A stretch of DNA of 64,000 bases from positions 5,084,001 through 5,148,000 of the forward strand of contig CM120641.1 in NCBI GenBank assembly GCA_051362555.1, in the 5' to 3' direction. Source of the DNA: Lingula anatina. Its lineage: Eukaryota; Animalia; Brachiopoda. Of this stretch, positions 38,901 through 51,218 are shown in pieces. Under the pieces are notes generated by a model that worked only from the letters and a program-made list of their open reading frames with translations, did no database searches and was not told where the DNA came from. A program made the translations under genes and the position numbers. How positions within the stretch are numbered: position 1 is the first letter of the stretch; each line of letters begins with the position of its first letter.

Positions 38901-41900
38901 ATGACTTACTGCATTCACTAGGAAACCAGAATGATATTTTACCATATGGGAATGAGCATAGTGGTATAAAAAATCATTCTCAACAAATTGATCCACAGCA
39001 TGTGACCCTGCCATCTGATAATCTTCCCTTTAAGTCCTATTGCAAAGATGAATCTTTGTACCCTCTCTCCACATCACAGATGGACACAATGAAAAACTGT
39101 AACCTGCATAACACCACAAGAGGAATGGACAACAATGAGAACAACAGTACATTGCTAAGCATTGCCACAAAATGGCCTAGCACTGACACATGTAGCTTTG
39201 CAATAGCAGAGACAAGTTCTTCTGACAAAACTGACAATTTGACACACAGTAACTTATCCACCAAACTTAAATCCAGATATAGGTCATCTGGTGAAAATAC
39301 TTATACTATACCCACTGCCTTGGCTGCCTTTGAGGGTCTCTCAGAGATCTTTGAGTCACAGGGGTTCTCACTGACAGGACAGGCAGTGACTGATTATTTG
39401 GGAACGGGAATGGATGTGGATCTTGCCACTACAGAAAGTTCAACCCAACCCTTTAAACTGTCAGATATTTCAAGTGGTAGTGTTGGTGATAGTGGTTTTA
39501 TATCAACTTCATTTTCACATGACTACAAAGCAGAGAGTTTATCTAGGAGCCTGGATGATTTTTTACCTCCACCCACAATTGCCAGATTTCAGCAGTTTGC
39601 AATTCCAAGATCAGACAGAAAACATTGCGACCAGGACATGCATAAAGTAGATGAAGATAAGACAAACATTACATGTGAAATAACAAGGTTGTGTGAGGGG
39701 AAAGGAAGAAGGCACAGTGCAGAAAACCTTCACATGTTTTCGTTGCCTCCTAAGATTGCTAGACTTACTGAGCTGGATTATCAAAGAGGAAATGCTGACA
39801 AAAATTCGAAGATGAATTACCAGAGCAGTGTTGGCCTTATTGATGTAATGGACACTTCTGATCCAGAGAATTGGAGCCATCAAGATTGTGAATCACTTAC
39901 TACTCAGGTGGAGCCTACAGATAGTTGGATTACAGGGGATGGATGCCCAGGGGATAAAAAGTCAAGACAGCAGTCTGGTCAAGTTTCAGTTAACCATGGT
40001 GGTCAGATGACAATTGGTCAGTGTGATGAAAGAAAAAGAGGTGAGATCTATGCTGGCCAAGAAGGCATAGTGGACAGAGACCAGTGTGACAAAGATGATG
40101 CTTCTGCTGGCAGATCTGAATCCGACTCAAAGGTTGGCAAAGCAGAGACACAAAAAGCCAGTTCCGTGCCACAGACCAATACAGTGCATTGTGGGTTTGG
40201 TCTTCTTAGTCAGCAGTGGATATGTAGGATTGACCCCAAATCAGGTACATAACACCATATCTATATCTCATTATTGATAACACCCACAATAAGTAACATT
40301 TAATTGATAAAACTGTGGCATTTCATATCTGTAACATCTCTTACAAAAAATTGGAACAATTAATTTGTACTTGTTTAAACCTACATACCTAGAATTTTAT
40401 GTTTTTGTTATGCAAAATGTTTTGCAAATTTTTTTTTATCAATTTTGAAAGTAATAAACTTTGTTTTAGGAAGAACAATGTATGTCAACAGTGTAAATGG
40501 AAATACCACCTTTGACAAACCAATGACAGATTTGCCACAAGAACAAAATGGGGATAAAACTGGTAGGTGGTGTCATCAGTGTGGTTTTATTGAATGCAGG
40601 GTCATTGCATCATGGTAGAGAAGTAACAATTGATTACATGAAGATATGATTTGTCACAACTTTTTTGTGTCTGTTTGTGTGTTTCTATAATTGCAAATGA
40701 GAAGTGTTTTATATTATCATAAAACAAATTCATTGTAATCATTTGATTATATTTTAAAACTTACGTCTATAGTACATATATTACGTAGATATTAGACTAT
40801 AGTCTTTAGATTTTCTATTATGAGTTTCAGTGTGACTAATTCAGCCCATTTTCTCTTACATTACAACAGCCAAGTTCTCCTTTCAGCCTTTACCCTTGTA
40901 AAACACCACAGACTTCTCACAGACAATGCAGATGCTTTCTTGCCTGCAGTCCAAAGAAGAGAGAAGACCACCACAGCTCCTTCACTGTCTCCAGTCTCAC
41001 AGGCGAGTTTGTCAGCTCTGTGGATCCAGCACCAGGACCTGCAGGAAGAGGAGAGCACTGTAAAATGGAGGGATGCTGACTGTAAAAGAAGTGAGTTTTG
41101 GCAAGTCTTAATATCTGTATAACTGAGGGAAGAAATTACACAATATATTTTTTTTATCCGTTGTATTATTAAGTTTATATAAGTGGATCATGCATATTCG
41201 TTGTATGGTTGTACCAAGAACTGATTGCAGTTTGTCTTGTACCATTGTTAAGATTTCAAAAAATGACATTTTTGCAAATGGTTTTTATTATGTACAGACA
41301 CAGATGTGTCTGTACATATAGCCATCATCTGCGTCTGTCGTCGCCGTCGTCGCCGTCGCCGTGCACTTTTACCGATAACACGATAAGTGGAAAACCATTC
41401 TACCTTTTGACTTGAAACTTGCAGAACTGATGAATATTCATAATACGCAGGTCAAGTTCGAAAATCAGCATGATCGGGTTACTTTTAGGGAATTTATGCT
41501 GTTTTTTCACTTTTTTCAGCATGTATGCAGCACCGATAACACGATAAGTGGAAAACCATTTTACCTTTTGACTTGAAACTTACAGAACTGATGAATATTC
41601 ATAATATGCAGGTCAAGTTCGAAAATCAGCATGATCGGGTCACTTTTAGGGAATTTATGTTGTTTTTTCACTTTTTTCAGCATATATGCAGCACCAATAA
41701 CACGATAAGTGGAAAACCATTTTACCTTTTGACTTGAAACTTACAGAACTGATGAATATTCATAATACGCAGGTCAAGTTCGAAAATCAGCATGATCGGG
41801 TCACTTTTAGGTAATTTATGCTGTTTTTTCACTATTTTCAATATAAATGCAACACTGATAACACAATATAAGAAAAACGGATTGGCCAATTGTAGTTATA

Positions 41901-44900
41901 CTCACAGGAGTGGTCAATCTTACTAAAACGCAGGTTGAGTTCGAAAATAAGCATAATCGGGCCATTACTTAAGAAGTTAAACTGTTTTTTCACATTTCCT
42001 CAGATGCAATTATTAGGCATGTTAACAGTCTCATTATTTAACTAATAAGATGCCTAAAAGTGTTTGTTTGATATTTCCTGCATCTTTACAACATTGTTAG
42101 TTGATTATGTAAAAAACATGGTAAACTTGTTATCATGTATTGTGTAATAAAGTGTCAAAAATGGAAATAAACTCATATCATTGCAGTTTGTCAGATTCAA
42201 TCATCCACTATGTTCAGAATCTCAGAATGGAGGAAATTGGACATTTAACACTGTTCTATTGATACTTTTCCCATCTCATCAATTTTCTTAGTTGGACATA
42301 TAAAAATGGCAGTAAAATGTTTATTTTGTTTTATGTTAAAAAAGTGTTAAAAATGGAAATAAACCCATTTCAGAACAGTGCTGTCTTGTTTACATTTTGG
42401 CATTATCAAGGCGTGACTTTGAAGTTCCATGGGCCTGAAGACCTTTGCTAGTCACATTTTCTGAATATCTGTGATACAAATATTTTATAATTAAAAATTG
42501 ATGGTCATTAAGCTGTTAAACATTATGTAATATTGCATCAAAATTTGAAAAAAAACCCATTTTGGGCACTGCTTCCATGTTGACCATTTAAGGAAAATCA
42601 TGTCACTTACTGTTTTCAAACTTACAGGATAGAAACATGGGACTAAAATACAGCTTAAGTAGGCAATGCAGTCTGTTTGGTTTTTTTTTTTTTTTTTGGC
42701 AGTTAAACAGTTTTTTGTGAAAATTTAATTTTTCACATATTGGCATTTTCAAGGTGTGACTTTAAAGTTCCATGATCTTGAAGACTTTTGCTTGTCACAT
42801 TTTCTGAATGTCCATGTTACTAATATTTTATTAATAACATTTGATTGTCATTATGCTGTTAAACATTATGTAATGTTGCATCAAAATTTGAAGAAACCCC
42901 TATTTTGGGCACTGCTCCTATGATGACCATTTAAGGGAAATCATGTCACTTACTGTTCTCAAACTTACAGGAAAGAAACATGGGTCTAACATACAGCTTC
43001 AATAGGCAACGCAGTCTGTTTGGTAAATTTTTCTGGCAATTTAACAGTTTTTTGTGAAAATTTAATTTTTCACTTATTTGCATCTTTATTTTATGTTCTT
43101 TGTCTGTACATTTGACAGCTTTGCTGCCTTGTTTTTCAAACTAGAATATTTACAGTGTAAAACTCTTATTTTCAGATTGTGACAGTCTCAGTGGGGAGGT
43201 GCAGTCACTGTTGGATAAATGGGAGAATCCAGTCCTCAAATCTTCTGATCAGGTGTGTTGCACTTGATGACTTGAAAATTGATAGAGAAATTATCTCTGC
43301 AATATAATCTTTTTTTAAACATATATATGTATGTATGTATGAACGTATGTATTTTTATTTTTCATTGGTTTATTTTTTAATTACAATTTTTATACTAGAA
43401 GGCATCATCTGTCCACATAATGTCTTTATATATCTGTCATAATTTATGTAGTTACAAGTTAAGAAATTGAAACATGAAAAAATGTTTGGTTATGTTCTTT
43501 GCAGTCCATCCCAAATCTGAATGTGTTTGGCACCCAGAGTGCTGGCATTTACCCATTCAAATTTACCAAGGATATGTTTAACAGGATAGAGGTTTGTCTC
43601 TTGAATAAGTATTATTATCTTTTGTGATTTCTAACCTTGATTGATTTGATTGATTTTAATTTTTGGAAAAGCAGGAACCATCATAGAAGAATCATTAACG
43701 GTAATTTTTCATTTATTTATTTTATTATGAACACATTAGAGGAAATTTGCATAGACTTCATGGGTTATTTTTGCCATCAGCATTCATTATCTAGATTCTA
43801 ATAATCCATAACTTTCAACTTGGTATGATTGAATCTGCCTTTTAACTTGATCAGAATGTTTTTTCTGTGATTTTAGGTGGTTCAGCAGATTGATAATAAA
43901 TTTATTGCCTGTATGGTATCCTTGAATCAAGAATGTTCAGGTAGATATATGCAGAGAGTGTTTGCTGAGAAGATGCTGTCGTCATAACGTTTCTTTTCTT
44001 TAATTGGGAATGGGATGATTGGCCAAGTGCTGTTTAGGCCTATATGTAATAACATTTTGTTTTATCATATATATTGCTTATTGGGATATGAGATAAGAAA
44101 TGTATATTAAGGTATTCTGACTTATCTGGAAATTACTAATTACAGTACCTAATCTCTTGGTGGTGATTGACCAACATGCTGCCCATGAGCGTGTGCGTTT
44201 GGAAGACTTGGTTAAAGGTATTTATATCCCCTCCATCTCCAGTGGCGCGAATTTCATTAAAGACATCAGTAACAGGCACAATATGTTAAGTGCTTGATGC
44301 TTGGAAAGTAAAGATCACTTTTATTTTTATCAATTTCATATGAGATTTAGCCAAATTCCTTTAACTAATTGACCACCAGGTAATAAAATAATGACAATCT
44401 GGATGATTCATAAGAGTATGGTTTATCATACTGTATCACAGTCATTTATGTAGTGAATAAAAGGAATTCTATCTGCTTGAGATTGAGAAGAAGGCATTTC
44501 ATATACGAACCTAAAAATACGTGTCAGACTTTCAGTATTTCTGCCATAGATCTAACCCTTCCATCTTGCTGCTTTTTATGTCCTTGGTGTGATGTGTCAT
44601 TTTGATAAATCATTCAGGTGAATTTGAAATGTGTTTTTTCAGTAAAAAAATTGTGAACTGACATTTTATTTTTGAGAACATTATAGGAATAACATTTACA
44701 TTTTGTCAAACTTTAGAAAACTACGTGGACAGTGATCAACAGAGAATCTTGACGTCATGCATAGATCCACCAGAAGTGTTGACCCTCCTCCCAGATCAGG
44801 TCAGGCTCATGCAGGCTTACAGGACACAGCTTGAAAACATAGGTGAACACCATGTTAAAATGAATGCCTTTTTGATAAGATTGCCTTAATGTACTCGTGT

Positions 44901-46541
44901 ATGTTTGACTCGGTGTTTTTATGAATTGTATCTATACAATTGTTATATTTTATGTCAGAAACATACTCTTTGTGTTTCATTCTTTGTTGCAGATATGGCA
45001 AATATATATATTAAAATAGGATTTTTAATTTTTTTTTAATGTGTATTTGTTTTTAGACCTTTAATTTTCAACCTGGTCATGTTATGCTGCCACTCATGTC
45101 TGTTTTAGATATAAGTAAGTCCTAAATTAAACACATCAAGTCATACAATTTTTTTTCTTCTCCAGGTATACACTTCCAGTGCATAGAAAGTACTAAGGAC
45201 AAAGTCCAGTTTAGTAAAGTTCCAGCATGTTTTGTTAGCAAAGAAGTGTCTGAGTTAAAGAGGAAGAGGACATCAGTATTAGTAGATCTTTTAGAGGTAT
45301 GTAATATGAAGGTTGTGAAGTCTACATGCCTGTACATCAGATATTAAGAGTGTAACATTGTTTAGCTGCAGGGATTTGTTCTGAAAAAGCTTTACACGAG
45401 TAGTTATGGAAAAGTACAAAACTCTTACAAAATTGTGATTCATTTATTTTATTTCTGATGAGGTGTCTGACAGTATGCTTTATATTGTTACAAAGGTAAA
45501 GCTTCAGACTCTAACACTTACTACATTTAATATTTCTAATGAGTTTGTTGTATTTTTCAGAGTTTGGTCACAGAGCAATTGCAGGTAAGTCTAGTGGTTA
45601 ACTTCTTGGTATGCAACTTTTTTCTTCTTTCAAATAGATTTATTGCAGTTCTTATAGATATGATTTGGTAACTAGTGCATTTCACAATATTAAATGGTGC
45701 TATTTTAATTATTTAATTGCAGCTTCTCCAGTCCACATCTGGTGGTTCCAGAAGATTGCCAAGAGTGATTCATCAAGTACTGTGTTCACAGGCTTGCCAT
45801 GGTATGGACTCTTCATTTTACCTCAGGTGTTTAATGTAATGTATATTTGATAATTATTATATGAAGTAATGTTAAATAATTTGATGTCCATGTTCTGTCC
45901 AACATCTGCTTGTGTGATAATTACGTAGATGCCATAGACCTCTTGAAGATATTTTTTCAAACTTATGCACAATTCATGAAAAGGAGCGTTTTTCTAATGT
46001 GAAGTTAATTATGATATTTATTTGAAGCAATCTTACTTGCTATTTAGGTGCTATTAAGTTTGGCGATCCCCTGACCCTTGAGGAGTGTAACCAGGTTGTC
46101 CAACAGCTGTCCAAATGCGATCTTCCCTTCCAGTGTGCCCATGGACGGCCATCTATCATGCCTTTACTGGACATGGACCTACTAGACAGGAAGCTGGCCT
46201 GTCAGGTAATATTTAAGCATCAATTATATGGGTTGAGTAGGTAAAATGATGAATGAATTATAACAGACAGTGTTTGAGAAATGAATTTTTAAAAAATACA
46301 ATTTTTAAAAAATCTTCATTGTACTGGAAATTATTGATAAATTTTTCTTAATTTTTTTTTCTGATAATTGTGTAATAGTGCAAAATAACTACAATATTTT
46401 GTCATGTAATGGTTTTTATTTTTTTATTTGCAGATTAAGTCCAGAAAACCATGCCTACACCGCCTGTGGCAGAGAATGCTTCAAGAAAATATAAGCAGTG
46501 AGGAAATAGAACGTGAAAACAATGGAATTAAACATTCATGA
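32927..46541 (+). CDS. MLH3: DNA mismatch repair / meiotic crossover endonuclease MLH3 (~1895 aa). Exons 32927-33141, 33560-33786, 36041-36181, 36363-40244, 40470-40562, 40887-41090, 43176-43252, 43505-43591, 43877-43940, 44146-44217, 44717-44842, 45166-45296, 45561-45584, 45723-45801, 46048-46205, 46434-46541
   Basis: MutL GHKL ATPase N-terminus (MIRPL..KLRSG, EELVLNSLDAG, VVDNGNGI, YSTSK, YGYRGEALASI, GTTV, FYNLPVRRK); transducer domain (YDITLDPAKTLVEFKNW); C-terminal DQHAAHERVRLE, SQACHGAIKFGD and LPFQCAHGRPS motifs diagnostic of MLH3. All 16 exons join in frame with GT-AG (5688 nt). AATAAA at 46791. Confidence 0.95.
33868..35561. mobile_element. Non-autonomous TIR DNA transposon (1694 bp), P-element- or hAT-like, in an MLH3 intron
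   Basis: 13-bp perfect TIR CAGTGTATGAAAT / ATTTCATACACTG. Identical 7-bp flanks CCATTAT (33861-33867 and 35562-35568). GC-rich subterminal repeats (ttaccagcc, gccgggcagg). No transposase ORF seen. Confidence 0.8.
35810..36020. mobile_element. Degenerate MITE-like inverted repeat
   Basis: Starts AGGGGTCATCCATT. Perfect 16-bp inverted repeat TTTTCACAAGTCTACA (35834-35849) / TGTAGACTTGTGAAAA (35973-35988). Right end decayed. Confidence 0.4.
41371..42000 (+). repeat. 161-bp tandem repeat, ~4 copies
   Basis: Unit start accgataacacgataagtggaaaacc at 41371, 41532, 41693 and (diverged) 41854. Confidence 0.9.
42394..43078 (+). repeat. ~343-bp direct duplication (2 copies)
   Basis: ttggcatt.tcaagg.gtgacttt.aagttccatg ... 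aaaatttaatttttcac occurs at ~42394 and again at ~42737. Confidence 0.85.
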
Positions 46542-46931
46542 ATATTAACTGATACCCATTTAAGGTGTTATTTATCTCCATGTTGCATTTGTTATTGTTT
46601 GTGAAGTACAGTTTGGCCTTCGAGTGTCCAAACATAGTAGTCATCCAGATCTCTGTCATGCACATTGGTGAATGAAAAAAAATGTAACTCTCATGTAATT
46701 TTCCATATGACATTGATGAATAAAGAGTAATTACCCATTTCACTAATTCAAAGTGAAATTGTCTGTTTTTTAGTTTACACATATAAGAATAATAAAATTT
46801 TTATTGCAACTTTATGGTTAAGAGTGCTTTATGAAAAGTGCCAACTTCAAAGTTTCTCTGGCTATGTAACGTCCCTGATATTATAAATCTTAAACGCTCT
46901 GTTTAGCTAGAGATTGGAACAGAACTGATCA

Positions 46932-47340
46932 TTTTTATGTACAGACACAATGAATGATCACATTGTTCAATGTGTCTGAACATAAAAGTGTCGCCATGCT
47001 TTTTTCACTGTTTTAACATTAAAATGCAATAAACGGACAACCTTGTTAGTACAAGAAGGACTCTTAGGATTACAACAGGGTCTGAGTTAAAAAAAAAACA
47101 GCCCGTTTGTAGTTTTACTTCAAGTTAAGCTTTTTTTCACGTTGACGTTTGTAAGGTGTGAAATCCTAATAGTTATAGTTTCTGAATGTTGAAATTAACT
47201 ACTGAAAATTGGTGTTGATTATGCTGTTAACCGTTGTGTACTGGTAATATTGCTTCAAATTGACAAAAAACGTTTTGTTCATCGTCATTGTTATTTTCTG
47301 CTTTATGTCTGTCTGTTCGACAGCTTTACTGTCTTGTTTT
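46932..47340 (+). mobile_element. Shorter HINE-like element related to 41282-43136
   Basis: Same ends: tttttATGTACAGACAC...tgtgtctgaacat at 5' and tgtctgttcGACAGCTTTACTGTCttgtttt at 3'. Confidence 0.7.
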
Positions 47341-47734
47341 CCCTAAAAGGGGCTAAAGGATGACCTGGTTTGTCAGACATGTCAAACACTGCTCAGGTAA
47401 AAGCATGCGGTTGACCAAGTTAGGATAGTCGCTGACCTACATAATGTCATTTCATTTTTCGGTGGGTTGGGGGCTGGCGTTTGTTTTCTGCTGGTATCTT
47501 TTGAAATATACATGTACATGTACGTTGTTAAAGACTAATGCTTCCTAATCTTAACAAGCCTACACGTTGGAACGAGATGTCATTTCTTCCTCAGTTCTGA
47601 GCGGTCAGAGAGTGGCGAGGCGGTGTAGGGACGAAGTATACGAATAATTTAATTTCAGTGGAATCTAACTAGGGCATGAGCCGACCACCCCCAACACAAC
47701 ATTAAGACATAAGTGTTTGCCCACAAAACGAAAG

Positions 47735-48490
47735 ACAACCAATGAAAATAGAATAAATAAATATTTACACGCTTCATGGTAACGTATGTATCATATTTAC
47801 GTAACAAAGAGGAATGAGCGCCGTAAAAACATGCGTGCGCACATATACAACGTCGCACGTACTCACAAAGTCGTGACAACAGACAAAAAACAATGAAATA
47901 AAAAATTATCTTCATGTATGTATCGGTAACATATGAATCATATGAATGAAATATATAAGAAAAGCGACGTTAAAACATGCGACAGCACATGTGCGACGTC
48001 TCACACACCCACACAGTTGTGACAACAGAGAACAAACAATGGAATCAGAAAAACACCTTCACATTATTTGGTAACGTATGTATCATATTTACGTAACAAA
48101 GAAGAATGAGCGACGTAAAAACATGCGTGCGGACATACATGTATACAACGTCGCAAGCACCCACAGTCGTGCCAAAGGACAACAAACAATGAAATCAAAA
48201 AACAATGTTCACATTCTTTGGTAATGTTTGTATCATTTTTACGTAACAAAGAAGAATGAGCGACGTTAAAACAAGCGTGCGCACATATACAACGTCTCAC
48301 GCACCCACATAGTTGCGACAACAGAGAACAAACAATGGAATCAGAAAACAATACCGTCATATTATTTGGTAACGTATGTACATACTTACGTAACAAATAA
48401 GAATGAGCGCCGTCAGAACATGCGTGCGCACATATACAACGTCGCACGAACCCACAGTTGTGACAAAGGACAACAAACAATGAAATCAAA
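47735..48490. repeat. ~148-bp tandem repeat (about 5 copies)
   Basis: Anchor ggtaacgtatg(tatcatatttacgtaacaaag) recurs at ~47778, 47925, 48070, 48220 and 48368. Confidence 0.85.
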
Positions 48491-48496
48491 AAACAA

Positions 48497-48634
48497 ACAA
48501 CGTTAACAACAACAACAACAACAATCTAAACGCAATTTGGTAACGTATGTATCGGTAACGTAGGCCTATGTATCGATGCATACGTTACATGTACCAAATT
48601 GCGTGTAGGTTGTTGTTGCTGTTTACGTTGTTTT
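48497..48634. repeat. Imperfect inverted repeat terminating the 148-bp array
   Basis: caacgttaacaacaacaac..acgcaatttggtaacgtatg pairs with catacgttac(atgt)accaaattgcgt..gttgttgttg..acgttg. Confidence 0.75.
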
Positions 48635-48829
48635 GAAACAAGTAGCCTACTTTTTCAAACGTTACTATTAAATGAAAAAAAAAAGCAATTATTGCCAAGA
48701 TATTCACAAAATGTTTTTAAAACTTATTATTTAGCTCTTCGTTTTTACCATTAATTAAAATCTCCATAAGAACACAGAACATTCCGAATTATTAAGATTT
48801 TAAGAAAGACTATGCATTCTGAAAATTAA

Positions 48830-49086
48830 GGCTTCGTTCACATGCAATGTCTATTTTCTAAATTCTATTTTCTATTCGCGCTATCTTATGATCACGGTCT
48901 GTGCACTGAATATCCCGCCGCGTAATTACTGGCAGCGCGAGCCAGTTACTTATAGTAACTTATAGTAACTGGCTCGCGCTGCCAGTAATTACGCGGCGGG
49001 ATATTCAGTGCACAGACCGTGATCATAAGACATACCGCAAATAGAAAATAGAATTTAGAAAATAGACATTGCATATGAACGAAGCC
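48830..49086. mobile_element. Near-perfect 257-bp palindromic MITE, PIF/Harbinger-like
   Basis: TAA TSD (48827-48829, 49087-49089). Ends GGCTTCGTTCA...TGAACGAAGCC. Arms of ~120 bp almost perfectly complementary around a ~13-nt loop. Confidence 0.85.
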
Positions 49087-50195
49087 TAATACTCATCATT
49101 GATACTTGATCATAGTATTCTTTGAAACCTTTATTTAAAGTTGACATTGGTGTATTTGTCTTATAATAGATTGCTATTTTCTTCGATGATTATTTTTGTC
49201 CAATCTTGGTTGTGTCAATGATATTGAAAATTAAGAATGCATAAAATATCGTGTGAGCGTTACCCCCAGCACGCAAACGTCGTCCTCAGTCTTTATATGC
49301 TGATACATGCACACAAAACCAAATAGTAGCAAAATATGATTAATTTTGTTTTTGTAAGATTTAATAAATTCAGCTTATGCCTAAAATCGTTTTGTTTTCT
49401 TCGCGTATATACGGAGCGAAAACAAATCTGCACAACGTGCTAATTAGGAAAGGCATAAAGACATGGGATTTACTAGTTTATCATTTTAAGCATTTCAAAG
49501 GGCAATATTTGTACAAAAATAAAACGGTTACCCAAAAAAAGTACATGAACCCTTTCAATAACATAACAAATTAAAAATCAGAAAATTTTAATAAAGTCAA
49601 CTCTGGTCACTGGTGATCAAAAGACACCCAGCAAAGTAACACAGCAGGACAAGTAGGACTGGCATCCCAGCCAAGAAATATAGAACTTGGAAAATACCAA
49701 GATGCAAGAACAATTCTTAATTGAACGCTGACCTGCAAGCCTTTGGTCAAATTATTGACTCGGAAATATCAAACCAAAGTGTTATGGTTTATATTTTGAC
49801 AGGATATTGATATTTCATTATTTGTTGAGAGAAACAAAATACTATGAAATAGGCAATTTTCTTTGGCATATTTAGAATTAAACAATACTCAAATATAATA
49901 ATGAATGGCTACTCCTCTCAATCTTTTCTGGCGATTTCCAGTTAAATTGCGTCACATTTCACATTGAGAAGAGTTGGTCTAAAAAAACTTGAACTATTTA
50001 GGAATGCTCACCCCCCCCCCCCCCACCCCCCCCAGGAAAAACTTACGCCTTGCGATAGCTAAAGAAATTAATATGGTTTCGATTAGCATTTTTCGGAATT
50101 TAAATTATGATAAAGGCCAGTTCTTGACTGACCTTTAATGGGAAAAAAATATATCCTCGTTGCGTGCGATTTTTCATTTGATAAGTTTTTACACA

Positions 50196-50240
50196 ATCCG
50201 CTGTGGCGACCCCTGATACAGGGCAGGCCCGAAAGAGAAA
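50196..50240 (+). mobile_element. 3'-terminal fragment of an RTE-type LINE (or a SINE tail derived from one)
   Basis: ATCCGCTGTGGCGACCCCTGATACAGGGCAGGCCCGAAAGAGAAA resembles the 3' stem-loop tail of RTE/Rex3-type elements (..ATCCGCTGTGGCGACCCC..GGG..CCGAAAGAAGAAG) as recalled from memory. Confidence 0.55.
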
Positions 50241-51218
50241 TAAGATTTCATCGATATTCTAAAAACATGCACAAAGACAAATTTCTTATGTTGTTATAAT
50301 GAGGTTTAAAACTAATACCTACTGCAAAAATTACTGTATATAAACATAATGGTACATGTATTTACTTACCAGTATATATATTTTAATACTGTCATTAACA
50401 ACTACTGAAAAATTGTAAGAGATATAAGAACAAATATTTTCTACTGGAATGTTGTAGCCTAACCAATTATTATTGATCGATCAATGTATCAAATTTCAAT
50501 ATCACAGTATCAGTTACACAACTACAGCAATAAATATGTAAAAAATATGAAACAATACATTAATGCAACTAACTACACAGAATCTACAGATTTTAATTTT
50601 AATTTAACATCTAAATACGAAGGGAAAACGTATATATATATATAGACATGCTGAAGGTACATGTAACCCTAACAGTGTCATGTAACAAAACCTTCCCATC
50701 AAAGAAGTCATTAGATCTTGGCACACTGGAACCGCCAAATATCCATTTTCCATTTGCGCCATTAAAACCTTTAATTTCTAAATTGTTATTAGAAACTTGA
50801 GCCTTTTTTGTAGCTACATGTATGCTTCAGTTTACGAAGACCAAACATGAAATTATTCTCTGACTGACTGATTGATACATTACCCGTAGTTTTTTTTCAT
50901 AAATAATCTTAAAAGGTGATTTTTTTCTACAGCTAAGTGTCTGTTTTTAAAATTCATTGTGAGTGAGTTTGTTATTAATGCACAAAATGAATTTATAACA
51001 ATAATAAATAAATAAATAAAATAGCCAAAACAATGATTTTTTATACACAAAATATTTTGTCTTTAAAAGAAACAATGAAAAAATGTCTTTTGTATACAGC
51101 ACCAAAACTGAAAACTCAAACACACAAATAATTCATTTGAAGCACAAACATTTTTTTCCTATTCAGACAACAGCTTGAAAGTGACAGACATCCAGATCAT
51201 GTTTTGGGAGTTTTCTTT

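Larger units (their letters stand above)
41282..43136 (+). mobile_element. Helentron-associated non-autonomous element (HINE/DINE-1-like) with internal tandem repeats
   Basis: T-rich start; 5' subterminal ATGTACAGACA followed by its inverse TGTCTGTACAT; GTC/GCC microsatellite; internal 161-bp array and a ~343-bp duplication; 3' TGTCTGTACAT then stem-loop GACAGCTTTGCTGCC and a T-run. This matches the known HINE architecture. Confidence 0.75.

Noticed and set aside
36203-40252. 1349-aa ORF as a stand-alone gene
   Set aside because: It is the large internal MLH3 exon (36363-40244) read through into the flanking introns.
41371-42000. CRISPR-like array
   Set aside because: Whole 161-bp units repeat with no unique spacers; eukaryotic context and no cas genes.
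47655-48489. Cys-rich repetitive ORFs (47655-47915 and 48064-48489)
   Set aside because: They are translations of the 148-bp tandem repeat; the period is not consistently a multiple of 3 and there is no splice or promoter support.
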